Assembly: GCA_963716725.1 (NCBI GenBank)
Contig: CAVQUB010000006.1
Span: 64,001-128,000, forward strand
DNA from: an uncultured delta proteobacterium
GTDB lineage: Bacteria > Myxococcota_A > Polyangia > Polyangiales > Polyangiaceae
Direction of reading: 5' to 3'
DNA: 64,000 nucleotides
The notes below the pieces were generated by a model, which was not told the origin of the DNA, did not search any database, and saw only the letters and a list, made by a program, of their open reading frames with translations. Below, piece by piece: positions 38,840 through 48,015 of the stretch (positions are counted from its first letter, which is position 1; every line of letters starts with the position of its first letter). A program made the translations under genes and the position numbers.

Positions 38840-39747
38840 TCGAGGTCGTTCACGTCAGCAAGTCCTTCGGTCGGGTCAAGGCCCTCAGGGACGTTTGCCT
38901 GAGCATCGAGGAAGGCGAGCGCGTGGCCTTCGTCGGCTCCAACGGCTCGGGAAAGACCACGCTGCTCCGGAGCATCTTGGGCCTCTTGCGGATCGACGGA
39001 CGGATCAGCATCGCCGGCGTCGACGTGGCCAAGAGCCCGGAGCTCGCTCTTGGGAGCGTCGCGTACATGCCTCAGATCGCGCCGCCGCTCGAGGCGCCCG
39101 TGCAGGACCTGGTGCGGGCAATCTGCCGGCTGCGCGGCCTCGAAGCCAAGTCCGTCGAGAGCCGTGCCGCCCGGCTCGGGCTGACCCTCGGGGAGGTCGC
39201 AGATGTCCGGCTTCGGGATCTCTCCGGCGGCACCAAGCAGAAGCTCCTGGCCGCCCTCACCTTGGCCGCCGAGGCGCCGATCCTCATCTGCGACGAACCC
39301 ACGGCAAACCTCGATGCCCAATCGCGCGCGGCGTTCTTCGCCGAGCTCGACGCCCGACCGAAGCACCACGTCACGGTGCTCTGCTCGCATCGCATCGACG
39401 AGGTGCGGCAGTTGGTCGATCGCGTGGTGGAGCTGGAGGAGGGCCGCGTGAAGCGCGACGCTTCGGTGGACGAGTTGCTCGCCGATCGGCAACGCTTTCG
39501 GATCGAAGTGTCGCTCGCGAAGACCGCGGGCGACGTGGTGCGGGTCTTCTTGTTGGAGCACGGCTTCGTCGCGGCAGGCGCGGTTCGCTTCGAGACCCTG
39601 GTGACTCAGTCCGACAAGGTCGCCATCGTCGCGCGCTTGGTGCGCGAACACGGCACGGCAATCTCGGATCTGAGCGTCTATCACGTGGACGACTTGGAGC
39701 TGACAGAGCGGGTCTCCAGTCCGCAGCTGGTGGGGGGTACGAAATGA
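38836..39747 (+). CDS. nosF: NosF ABC ATPase
   Basis: GSNGSGKTT, LSGG, DEPTANLD; position in the nos cluster. Confidence 0.88.
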   Translation: MIEVVHVSKSFGRVKALRDVCLSIEEGERVAFVGSNGSGKTTLLRSILGLLRIDGRISIAGVDVAKSPELALGSVAYMPQIAPPLEAPVQDLVRAICRLRGLEAKSVESRAARLGLTLGEVADVRLRDLSGGTKQKLLAALTLAAEAPILICDEPTANLDAQSRAAFFAELDARPKHHVTVLCSHRIDEVRQLVDRVVELEEGRVKRDASVDELLADRQRFRIEVSLAKTAGDVVRVFLLEHGFVAAGAVRFETLVTQSDKVAIVARLVREHGTAISDLSVYHVDDLELTERVSSPQLVGGTK

Positions 39748-40145
39748 AGGCACTGGCCCAGGTCATGGTGGTCGGCCTGTTGGCGCTCGGCGCCTGCGAG
39801 TCACCGGGAGAGCCCAAGGATCCGATCTGGGGCAAGCAGGCCTGCGGCGCTTGTTCCATGCTCGTCAGCGAGCCAGCTCACGCAGCGCAGCTCGTCACCA
39901 AAGAAGAGACGCGCGTCTACTTCGACGACGTCGGCTGCATGGCAGCCTACGTGCTCGAGCGCAACCTGAACCCGCCGAAGATGTGGGTGCGCGACTCAGC
40001 CGGAAAGTGGGTCGACGCTCGCTCTGCCAAGTTCAAGAGCGGCGCCAAGACGCCCATGGACTTCGGGTACTCCTACGCGGCGGACGGCGACGCCACCTTC
40101 GTCGACGTGCAGCTCGCGGCCAAGAAGAGAGCTGAGCGACGATGA
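39744..40145 (+). CDS. nosL: NosL copper chaperone lipoprotein
   Basis: Lipobox LGAC, CGACSM, FDDVGCM, TPMDFGY; ATGA-coupled at both ends. Confidence 0.85.
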   Translation: MKALAQVMVVGLLALGACESPGEPKDPIWGKQACGACSMLVSEPAHAAQLVTKEETRVYFDDVGCMAAYVLERNLNPPKMWVRDSAGKWVDARSAKFKSGAKTPMDFGYSYAADGDATFVDVQLAAKKRAERR

Positions 40146-40984
40146 GCGTTGCCGACCGCCAGAACGCGTTGTTCCGCCTCGAACTCGCCGACGCCTTGCG
40201 CTCGCGATGGATGGTGTTCACCGTCGCCGTCTATGGCGCCGTGTTCGCGGCGTTCATCTGGCTGGGCCTGCGCGAGTCCACCGTGCTCGGATTCACGGGG
40301 CTCTCTCGGGTGGTCTTGAACGTCGCCAACGCGGTCGTGATTGCCGTGCCCTTGGTCGCGCTCGTGGCCTCGAGCCAGACCGTGGTGCGGGCTCGCACCA
40401 GCGGTTTCTTCGAGTTGATCCTGGCCCAACCTTGCCGCCGCCAAGACTGGCTGATGGCGGTGATCGGCTCCCGCGTCATCGTGGTGCTCGGGCCCCTGGT
40501 GGTGATCCTGCTCGCGACGCTCGTCGCCGGGCGCATCGTCGGCTCCGAGTCGACGCTGACGCCCCTGGTGCTGCGCAGCCTCGCGGTCACCACGGGGCTG
40601 GGCTGGGCCTTCCTCGGCATCGGCCTCTTGGCGTCGAGCATCGCGCGCACCCCCGAGCGTGCCACGATTTATGCGCTGCTCGCCTGGATGGTGGGGGCGG
40701 CTCTGCACGACTTTGCGTTGATCGGCGCGCTCCTGCGCTTCCGCCTGGCGCCCGAGGCCGTGTTCGCGCTCGCAGCGCTGAACCCCGTCGAAGCCGCGCG
40801 GGTCGCGCTCTTGTCGGGGGTCGACGCCGAGCTCGGCGTGCTGGGACCGGTAGGCTTCTGGCTAGCCAACAGCTTCGGCCCCAAGCTGACGCTGCTGGTG
40901 GGCGTGGGCTGGCCGGTGTTGCTCGGCACGCTGTGCATGATGTTGGCCGCGCGACGCTTGTCCAAGGCCGATCTGGTGGCTTGA
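40142..40984 (+). CDS. nosY: NosY ABC permease
   Basis: LRSRW, ELILAQP, LNPVEAARV; multi-TM. Confidence 0.85.
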   Translation: MSVADRQNALFRLELADALRSRWMVFTVAVYGAVFAAFIWLGLRESTVLGFTGLSRVVLNVANAVVIAVPLVALVASSQTVVRARTSGFFELILAQPCRRQDWLMAVIGSRVIVVLGPLVVILLATLVAGRIVGSESTLTPLVLRSLAVTTGLGWAFLGIGLLASSIARTPERATIYALLAWMVGAALHDFALIGALLRFRLAPEAVFALAALNPVEAARVALLSGVDAELGVLGPVGFWLANSFGPKLTLLVGVGWPVLLGTLCMMLAARRLSKADLVA

Positions 40985-41061
40985 GACCGGCGCAGCCGGG
41001 GGCAGGTCGAGCTTGGAGCGCTCTCCGCGGAAGGTTACCCTCGAGCGGTTCAGTGGCGGTG

Positions 41062-41880
41062 ATGTCGAAGCCGGTCGGCACAATCTCCGGGCGCGGACTC
41101 CGGACGCTCGTGGCCCTGTGCCTGGCGCTGGGCTGCGCGCCGGATCGCGACGGATCCAGCGTCGAGCCCGCCGCGACGATCCCGGCGCCCGTCGCCTCGA
41201 GCCCGCAGCCTGCGCCGAGTCCGACCTTTCAGGCCGCGGTCGAGCCGGCCCCGCCCGCACGCACCGGCCCCCGCTGCCGAGAGCAGACCGCGCAGGAGTT
41301 CTTGTTGCGCAAGGGACAGATCGCGAAGATCGGCGCGCCGGCCAGCGAGCAGCGGCTGATCGAGGCCGCGCGCAAGCGCAGCGTCGACTACCGAACGCGG
41401 CAGTACGGCCGCTTCCCGGGCTTCGGGAGCCGTCGGGACAACCCCCGTCCCCCGAGCGCCTACGCGAAGCGCACGACCTTCATGGGGCTGCCCCTGGTGC
41501 TGCACGAGAAGATCGTACCCGCTCTCGGCTGCGTGGAGTCGGCGCTGCTGCGCGACTGCGCGTCGAAGCCCTACAAGCCGCGACAGGTGAGCGGATTGCG
41601 TTTCGAGAACACCTTCAAGGACTACGAGGTCTCCAACCACGTCTACGGCATCGCTCTCGACATCGATTCCCGCGACAACCCCTGCTGCGGCTGCGTCGGG
41701 GCCTGGAACCAGCACCCGGCGTGCCGGAAGAAGGTCGCCTCGGTGTACGAGCGCATGGCCATGCCCCAATGTTGGGTGGAGGTGTTCGAACGCTACGGCT
41801 TCTACTGGCTGGGTCACGACGAGCTCGAGGACACCATGCACTTCGAATTTCTCGGGGATCCAGCGCTGATTTCCGAGTAG
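41062..41880 (+). CDS. M15-family peptidoglycan peptidase lipoprotein
   Basis: Lipobox LGC, SNHVYGIALDID, DTMHFEF. Confidence 0.85.
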   Translation: MSKPVGTISGRGLRTLVALCLALGCAPDRDGSSVEPAATIPAPVASSPQPAPSPTFQAAVEPAPPARTGPRCREQTAQEFLLRKGQIAKIGAPASEQRLIEAARKRSVDYRTRQYGRFPGFGSRRDNPRPPSAYAKRTTFMGLPLVLHEKIVPALGCVESALLRDCASKPYKPRQVSGLRFENTFKDYEVSNHVYGIALDIDSRDNPCCGCVGAWNQHPACRKKVASVYERMAMPQCWVEVFERYGFYWLGHDELEDTMHFEFLGDPALISE

Positions 41881-41887
41881 CAAACCC

Positions 41888-42096
41888 GACTCGCGATCAC
41901 TCCACCTGCACCCAGCGGCGCACGCCTTCGCTCGCGAGCTGCAGCGTGCCGCTGACCAGCATCACGGCCACCACCCCGACCGCGAGCACGTGCGGCGCAC
42001 GCAGCATGGCCAGCGTGCCTTGTTCGAGCAGCGATCCGAGACTCACGCCGTCCGGCGGCCCGAGGCCGACGAAGCCGAGCGCGGTCTCTCCGAGCA
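41888..42096 (-). repeat. Direct repeat A: duplicate of the dppC-like 3' end (209 bp)
   Basis: Matches 46184-46392 with one synonymous mismatch; offset 4296 bp. Confidence 0.92.
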
Positions 42097-42121
42097 GCAC
42101 GTCGACGGCATACCCCGATCT

Positions 42122-42195
42122 GCCCGACGTACCAGGGTTCAGCTGCGCCGGCCGAGCGAAGCGACGTTCACGTCTGCTGCAAACCGGAGTTGGGC
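42122..42195 (-). mobile_element. Integron attC site downstream of higA
   Basis: Minus strand GCCCAAC-TCCGG-TTTGCAGC...GCTGAAC-CCTGGTAC-GTCGGGC: RYYYAAC box, L boxes with an extrahelical G, and R' box reading GTC instead of GTT. Confidence 0.7.
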
Positions 42196-42215
42196 AGCGT
42201 GCGCAACTGAGGCTG

Positions 42216-42521
42216 TCAGCCCGTTCTTCTGAGGATCTCGACGTCGCGCGCGAGCCTGGGTCCGAGCCGATCGGCTTCGACCGCCAAGTCGTAAGAGGTC
42301 TGGAGGTTCAACCAGAAGCGCGGAGCGTTCCGAAAGAAGCGACCAAGCCGCAATGCCGTATCGGCGCTGATGGCACGCTTCCTGAGAACAATCTCGTTGA
42401 TCCGCCGCGCAGGAACCTTCAGACCCTTGGCCAATCGGTACTGTGTCAGAGCAAGCGGTTTGAGAAACTCCTCGGCCAGAATTTCTCCCGGATGAACTGG
42501 GGATAGCCTTTTACGCGCCAC
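42216..42521 (-). CDS. higA: HigA (VapI-type) HTH antitoxin
   Basis: HPGEILAEEFL, RRINEIV, ISADTALRLGRFF, FWLNLQ..YDL; GGAGG SD. Confidence 0.93.
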   Translation of the reverse strand: MARKRLSPVHPGEILAEEFLKPLALTQYRLAKGLKVPARRINEIVLRKRAISADTALRLGRFFRNAPRFWLNLQTSYDLAVEADRLGPRLARDVEILRRTG

Positions 42522-42530
42522 GGTGTCCTC

Positions 42531-42812
42531 CTAGTGATAGTCCACGATTTCGACGTCGTAGGCGTCAGTGCCGACCCAGCGGAAGCAGACGCGCCACTGG
42601 TCGTTGATACGAATGCTGTGCTGGCCAAGACGATCGGCCGACAGCTTCTCCAGTCGGTTCGCAGGCGGAACCTTGAGGTCGGCGAGGCTCGTTGCGGCAT
42701 CCAGCATCAGCAGTTTACGAAGGGCGGTTCAGTGAAGATCCGGCGGAACGCGCTTGACCCGTTCGCGGCGAAAAAGTCGCTCAGCATCCGGGTCGCGAAA
42801 GCCGCGGATCAC
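42531..42812 (-). pseudogene. higB: HigB RelE-fold toxin with an in-frame nonsense codon at position 28
   Basis: MIRGFRD...PPDLH*TALRKLLMLD...PPANRLEKL..R.GQHSIRINDQWRVCFRW...VEIVDYH*; TGA at 42729-42731. Confidence 0.88.
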
Positions 42813-42817
42813 GGTTG

Positions 42818-42846
42818 ATAGTAACGTGTAGCGTTACTATGTGCAA
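42818..42846 (-). promoter_or_regulatory. higBA sigma70 promoter with overlapping operator palindrome
   Basis: TTGCAC-N17-TACTAT; perfect inverted repeat ATAGTAACG-N5-CGTTACTAT at 42818-42840. Confidence 0.8.
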
Positions 42847-42909
42847 GGGCGCCCTCCCGCGCGGTTCCGGTGCGCCGGAGCGGACTTGATGCAAGAGGCT
42901 TGCGACCCG

Positions 42910-43010
42910 ACGCAACCGCGCGGCGCGTGACGAGCCGCCAGAGCTTCTTTGGTTTGAGTCTGCGCGAAGCGCATGTTGCGCGCCCGAGCTTCGATGGCGT
43001 TCGAGTGAGT
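42910..43010 (-). pseudogene. DUF559/Vsr-like endonuclease N-terminal remnant
   Basis: IEARARNMRFAQTQT/KLWRLV, across one frameshift, resembles ARxxRxxxTxxExxLW. Confidence 0.45.
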
Positions 43011-43582
43011 GGGTGCGCCACTTGGGCGGGGCCCGGACGCAGCGCCAGCAGGAGCCGTCTGCTCGAAAGCCCACGACGCCGTCATCGAAGCGAGCGCAGT
43101 CGATGGCGACCAGGTCGCACGACATCGAGAGAGATCACGCATCGAGCAGAGAACGACGCGTCCCCTCCGCCCGCGCGGGCGCGAGCCTTGGCAAGACGCG
43201 CGAGGTCTCGCCGAGACATCACCGCTCGCGCTGCCGGGCTTGGAGGGGACCGCGGAGCGGAGCGACGCGAGGGGAGGCAGGGCATCCGCTACGAGCAGTT
43301 GGAGAAGAAGGGTCGCGCGGCGGCGGAGTTGGTGCACGCGCAGGCGTGAAAGGGAGGAGCTAGACGATCATGCAGGAACAAACCCGCGAACCCGGAACGC
43401 GAAACGCCAAGCTACACTGGAAGCGCCCCGTCGCCTGGACGCGCATGCTCGTTCAACTGGATACTCTGTTCGAGGGACGTCTGCCTGCCTGACGTCAACT
43501 TACCCAGAAATTCTGACACTCCCGCCGGCAGTGATGAAGGCTATGTCTGCGCCTTCGATCAGCACCGCTGCTGGAAGGCGCG

Positions 43583-44128
43583 TCATGTGCAAAGCGACGA
43601 CGGCAAGCACACCTTTGACCCGCTCGCGGTCGGCTTGCAGCACCCGCCCGGGCAGTCGGAGGCCGACAGGCATTCGACCGCGCACCAGCCGTTGCCGTCC
43701 TGGTTCAGGTTCAAGCAGATCGCGCCGAGACAGCAATCCTTGGTGTTGCACGACATCCCAGGGCCGGCGCAGGTCGATGAGTCGCAAATCGTCTTGCTGA
43801 CGCCGCCCTCGGTGTACGCGCCGCTGCAAATCCCGGTGGGCGAGCAGCAACCGGAATTGCATTGTTCGTTCTTCGTGCACTTGGGGTAGCACTGCGACCC
43901 AAACCCCGTGTAGAGACAGCCGCCTCCCGCGGGGTCGCCGACGCAGCAATCGGACGCGGCGCTGCAGGTCGCCTCGTAGTTCGAGCACGCGTTGAGTTGC
44001 GACTGCCCGCCCGTGCCGCCCGTGCCGCCCGTGCCGCCCGTGCCGCCCGTGCCACCCGCGCCACCGGTCGCTGGGCCACCGACTCCACCGGACCCACCGC
44101 CAATGCCGGCAGCGCCACCCGTGGTGCA
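43583..44128 (-). CDS. Gly-linker plus Cys-rich repeat protein, N-terminus apparently lost
   Basis: GGT repeats followed by more than 20 Cys in CxxxxDCC-type modules; no convincing start or signal peptide upstream. Confidence 0.6.
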   Translation of the reverse strand, partial: CTTGGAAGIGGGSGGVGGPATGGAGGTGGTGGTGGTGGTGGQSQLNACSNYEATCSAASDCCVGDPAGGGCLYTGFGSQCYPKCTKNEQCNSGCCSPTGICSGAYTEGGVSKTICDSSTCAGPGMSCNTKDCCLGAICLNLNQDGNGWCAVECLSASDCPGGCCKPTASGSKVCLPSSLCT

Positions 44129-44636
44129 AAGCAGGTGAAGCCAGAATTTCCCGTGGCTCCGCTCGCCCTCCAGGTGGCGAACTGGCGAAGTCAGGTGGCG
44201 ATCGCCACCCAGTTGCACCGCGCATCCCCGTCTTCCCCGCCGCGATCGCTCGAGACCTCGCGTCTCGACTCGCCACGCGGCGTGGCGCAGAGCGTGCGCC
44301 GACGAGCGGGGCCCGGCCACCGCGCCGGGCCGAGGCACGACGGGCCGCTCGCCCCAGCGATCCCCGACGCCACGGTCGCGGAACGACGCACGTCTTCCCC
44401 GTTCGGGCGTGAGCCCGAATTTGGGCAAGACCGACGCCGCGGAGCGGCGGCGAGTTGGGGCAGGAAGGGAGCCGGAGCACCCGGTAGCGAGCGGCGGCGG
44501 CCCAGCTCGCCGAAATCCGATCGAGAGTGAGCCCGGCCGAGTGACTCTTGACGGGCTACACGAACGGGTATCTTCTCTTTCCGCGTCTGCGCGGCGCCGG
44601 GGCGCTCTGGCCGATGCGACAGAAGAGGATCCTCGC

Positions 44637-45944
44637 ATGCTGATCCGTTACATGATGCTCACGGCGCTTGCGCCGTCCTTGGCGTTACTGACGTTTGCTT
44701 GCGGCAGCTCGGACTCGAAGCACGAAGACCCAGATGTTGTCGACGCTTCAGACGCTGCGACGGCGGATGCCGACGCTTCGGGGGCAGATGCCGGAACGCC
44801 AGATGCCGACGCCGACCCGGACGCCCCCGCTGACGCCAACACCGAAGAGGCCGCGCCCGACGGGCCTGCACCGGATGCTCCGGATCCCTGCGCCGCGACG
44901 GGCCTCGCTTCGTTCGGGATCTCGAACCTGCCCACGGGCTTCCAGCTGCCGACGCTGAACGGAAGCGACCCGGTGCTGGTTCCTCAGGGCTTCAACACGG
45001 ACACGGGGGACTTTCCCCACGGGTCGGGGTCCTATGGGACGGCGCTCGCGGGCACCGCTCCGGACAGCCCCCGTGTCTTGTATGTCACCGACTTCACCCT
45101 GGACGCCGGCAGCGAGTTCGTCGTCACCGGGTCGCGTCCGCTGATCCTCGTCGCGACGGGTACGGTGACGATCGCCGGGACGGTTCGCACGCCGCAGACC
45201 AACACCACCAGCGGCGCGGGAGGCTTCGCTTCGCCGGTCAACCCCAACAATTGTGGCTCGGGTGGGGGCTGTCCGACGCAGGGCCTCGGTCCTGGCGGGG
45301 GCGGCCCTGGATCGGTGAAGGGGATCGGCGGGGGCGGCGCGAGCCACTGCGGCCTCGGCGGTACGGGCGCGAACGGAGGGGCGAAGGGCGCGACGTACGG
45401 TAGTCCCTCGCTCAGCCCGCTCAGCCCTGGCTCGAGCGGAGGATCGGCTTCGTATGGGAACGGACCCAGCGGCCCCGGCGGCGGAGCGCTGCAGATCGTC
45501 GCGGGCAAGACCATCGTGATCGCGACGACCGGGATCCTGACCATGGCCGGGGGCGGAGGCCACGCGGGCGCTACCGGCGCCGGCAGTGGCGGCGCAATCT
45601 TGCTCGAGGCCCCGACGATCACGGTGAACGGCGCCCTGGCAGCCAACGGCGGCGGCGGCGGAGGCAGCTCCGGCAGCGTTGCCATCGGCGCTTGGGGCGG
45701 CGTCACGTCGACCCCGGCCGCGGGCGGCGGCGCGAGCGGCGAGATGGCCGGCAATGGCTCTGCCGGCGGCGCCATCGACGGCACGAACGGTCAGCCGTCC
45801 GAGTGGGGCACCGGCGGTGGCGGCGGTGCGGGACGCATCCGCATGAACACCATGTGTGGCGCGGTCACCGTCGGCGCGGGCGCCGTGATCAGCCCGGCAC
45901 AGACCACTGCCTGCGCAACGCTGGGCACACTCGCCAAGCCCTGA
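44637..45944 (+). CDS. Gly-rich secreted lipoprotein
   Basis: GAGGA SD, signal peptide with FAC, Asp/Ala linker, GGGALQI, GSGGAILL and GAGRIR Gly-rich modules. Confidence 0.8.
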   Translation: MLIRYMMLTALAPSLALLTFACGSSDSKHEDPDVVDASDAATADADASGADAGTPDADADPDAPADANTEEAAPDGPAPDAPDPCAATGLASFGISNLPTGFQLPTLNGSDPVLVPQGFNTDTGDFPHGSGSYGTALAGTAPDSPRVLYVTDFTLDAGSEFVVTGSRPLILVATGTVTIAGTVRTPQTNTTSGAGGFASPVNPNNCGSGGGCPTQGLGPGGGGPGSVKGIGGGGASHCGLGGTGANGGAKGATYGSPSLSPLSPGSSGGSASYGNGPSGPGGGALQIVAGKTIVIATTGILTMAGGGGHAGATGAGSGGAILLEAPTITVNGALAANGGGGGGSSGSVAIGAWGGVTSTPAAGGGASGEMAGNGSAGGAIDGTNGQPSEWGTGGGGGAGRIRMNTMCGAVTVGAGAVISPAQTTACATLGTLAKP

Positions 45945-46183
45945 GGCAGCGTCCGCCGCCCAGCTACGGCGCGCAGCATTCTGGAGCCAGCGCGATGCAT
46001 TTGCGTTTGCGCAAACTCTCGCTGGAAAGCGGCATACGCTTCATGCGGCGAGGTCCGCGGCTGGTGGCGACGAGGCCCCGCGAGCAGTGATCGCAGGCTG
46101 CCCGACGGGCAATCGGTCGACGGCGACGAGCACTGCGGTTGGGTGCTCGAGCACGACAACATGAGCGCGAAGTACTCGAGCAA

Positions 46184-46392
46184 GACTCGCGATCACTCCA
46201 CCTGCACCCAGCGGCGCACGCCTTCGCTCGCGAGCTGCAGCGTGCCGCTGACCAGCATCACGGCCACCACCCCGACCGCGAGCACGTGCGGCGCACGCAG
46301 CATGGCCAGCGTGCCTTGTTCGAGCAGCGAGCCGAGACTCACGCCGTCCGGCGGCCCGAGGCCGACGAAGCCGAGCGCGGTCTCTCCGAGCA
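46184..46392 (-). repeat. Direct repeat B (3' end of the intact dppC-like gene)
   Basis: Matches 41888-42096. Confidence 0.92.
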
Positions 46393-47014
46393 CCACGCCG
46401 GCGGCCGAGGTGCCGATCTGCACCGAGACCGGCCCGAGCAGGTTTGGGATCACGTGGGCGATCACCACGGCCGCGCGTCCGTGGCCGAGAGCACGCGCGG
46501 CCTCGACGAACTGCGACTCCGAGAGGATGCGGGACTGGGCCGCCGCCACGCGCGCGAAGGGCGCCCACGCGGTCACGCAAAATACGAGGCCGATGTGCAG
46601 GCGCGAGGGCGTCCGCACCGCCGAGAGCACGGCGAGCGCCAGCAAGAAGGTGGGGAACGACTGCACCAAGTCGCAGGCACGGAGCGTCCAGCGCTCGAAG
46701 CGTCCACGAAAAATCCCCGCGGCGGCCCCGAGGGGCGTGCCGACCACGAAAGCGAAGAGCGCGACGAGCGCAGCCAGGAGCAGCGCCCGCACCGTCGCGT
46801 GGCTGACCAGCGCGAGCAGGTCGACTCCGGCATCGCCCGAACCCAGGGGACGCGCCGGACCGGGCGCCGCCCACGAAAGCTCGAGCGCCAGGCGCGACGG
46901 CGATCGCTCCGAGATGAACGTGAACAGCGCCGTGACCACCACCAGCACGACGGCAGGAGCGATGGCCGAAAGCGCGCGCCGTCTCCGGGCGCGGACCCGC
47001 GGATCGCCGCTCAC
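46193..47014 (-). CDS. Peptide/nickel ABC permease, DppC/OppC-like
   Basis: PLGSGDAGVDL, FVEAARALG, HVIPN, ETALGFVGLG. Confidence 0.9.
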   Translation of the reverse strand: MSGDPRVRARRRRALSAIAPAVVLVVVTALFTFISERSPSRLALELSWAAPGPARPLGSGDAGVDLLALVSHATVRALLLAALVALFAFVVGTPLGAAAGIFRGRFERWTLRACDLVQSFPTFLLALAVLSAVRTPSRLHIGLVFCVTAWAPFARVAAAQSRILSESQFVEAARALGHGRAAVVIAHVIPNLLGPVSVQIGTSAAGVVLGETALGFVGLGPPDGVSLGSLLEQGTLAMLRAPHVLAVGVVAVMLVSGTLQLASEGVRRWVQVE

Positions 47015-48015
47015 GCTTCCCTGCCCCGTGGGTCGATGACCGCGTGCACGAAGATCGCGAGCGCTTGCACCGCGACGAAGAGCAGACCCGCCGCGACCAC
47101 GCTGGCTTCGAGCACGGGGATGTCACGCGCCGCGTAGGCGCTGAGCATGAGCGTGCCCAGCCCGGGCCGCTCGAAGAGGCGCTCGAGCACCACCGCACCG
47201 CCGAGCAGCGCGCCGAGCTGAGCGGCGATCACCACCGAAATCGGCGCGGACGCCGCCGGCAGCGCGTGCACCACCCACACTCGCCACGGCGAGGCGCCCT
47301 TGGCGGCGGCCGTATCCAGGAACTTTGCGCGGCCGAGATCGAGCAGCGCGGCACGTCCGATGCGCGCGACCTGCGCGGCCAGCGGCAACGACAGCAGGCC
47401 AGCAGCGAATACCAGGCCACTGGCGCCGCTCTCGGGATCACCGGGCAGCGGCACGATGTGCCAGCGCACCGCGAGCGCGTAGGTCGCGACCGGTGCAAAG
47501 GCCAAGAGCGGAGTCGCCGCGACGAAAAGCACCGCGCGGTGGAGCCACTCGCGCCGCGCGCCGAACCATGGGCCCACGCAGAGCACGGCGGCGGCGATGC
47601 CCGCCAGCGCGCCGATCGCGACGGCAGTTCCCGCAAGCGCGGCCGTCGGCCCGAGCGCGCGGCCCACCTCCGCGAATGCGGGTGTGCCGGGCCGCGCCAG
47701 CGAGTCTCCGAGGTCGAGCCGAGCGAGCCCCAGCAAGAAGTGCAGGTACTGGACCGGCAGGGGGCGGTCGAGCCCGAGCTTCCCGCGCAAGAGCGCGCGA
47801 TCGGCCTCCGAAGCCTGCTCGCCGAGCACCAGCGCCGCCGGATCGCCCGGCAGTAGGCGGAGCGCCAGGAAGACCAGGCTCGCCAGGGCAACGAGCGTGA
47901 CCACGGCGCCCCCGGTCCGGCCGACAACTGCCCGCGTGAGCTGGAGCAGCGCTCGCACCACTTCCCTGGATCGCGCGCGTGGGCTGGGCCCTGCCGCGGC
48001 GTGATCTTCGCTCAT
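47011..48015 (-). CDS. Peptide/nickel ABC permease, DppB/OppB-like
   Basis: LPGDPA, LGLDRPLPVQY, AAAKGAS, GGAVVLERLFERPGLG. Confidence 0.9.
   Translation of the reverse strand: MSEDHAAAGPSPRARSREVVRALLQLTRAVVGRTGGAVVTLVALASLVFLALRLLPGDPAALVLGEQASEADRALLRGKLGLDRPLPVQYLHFLLGLARLDLGDSLARPGTPAFAEVGRALGPTAALAGTAVAIGALAGIAAAVLCVGPWFGARREWLHRAVLFVAATPLLAFAPVATYALAVRWHIVPLPGDPESGASGLVFAAGLLSLPLAAQVARIGRAALLDLGRAKFLDTAAAKGASPWRVWVVHALPAASAPISVVIAAQLGALLGGAVVLERLFERPGLGTLMLSAYAARDIPVLEASVVAAGLLFVAVQALAIFVHAVIDPRGREA

Noticed and set aside
42729..42731. Selenocysteine or read-through at the higB TGA
   Set aside because: The position corresponds to a probable Arg (CGA), not Cys, and I saw no SECIS-like reason to invoke recoding.
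44460..44520. Cobalamin riboswitch-like AAGGGAGCCGG
   Set aside because: Lacks the GCCACTG/GCAACTG core and B12 box, and the downstream gene is unrelated.
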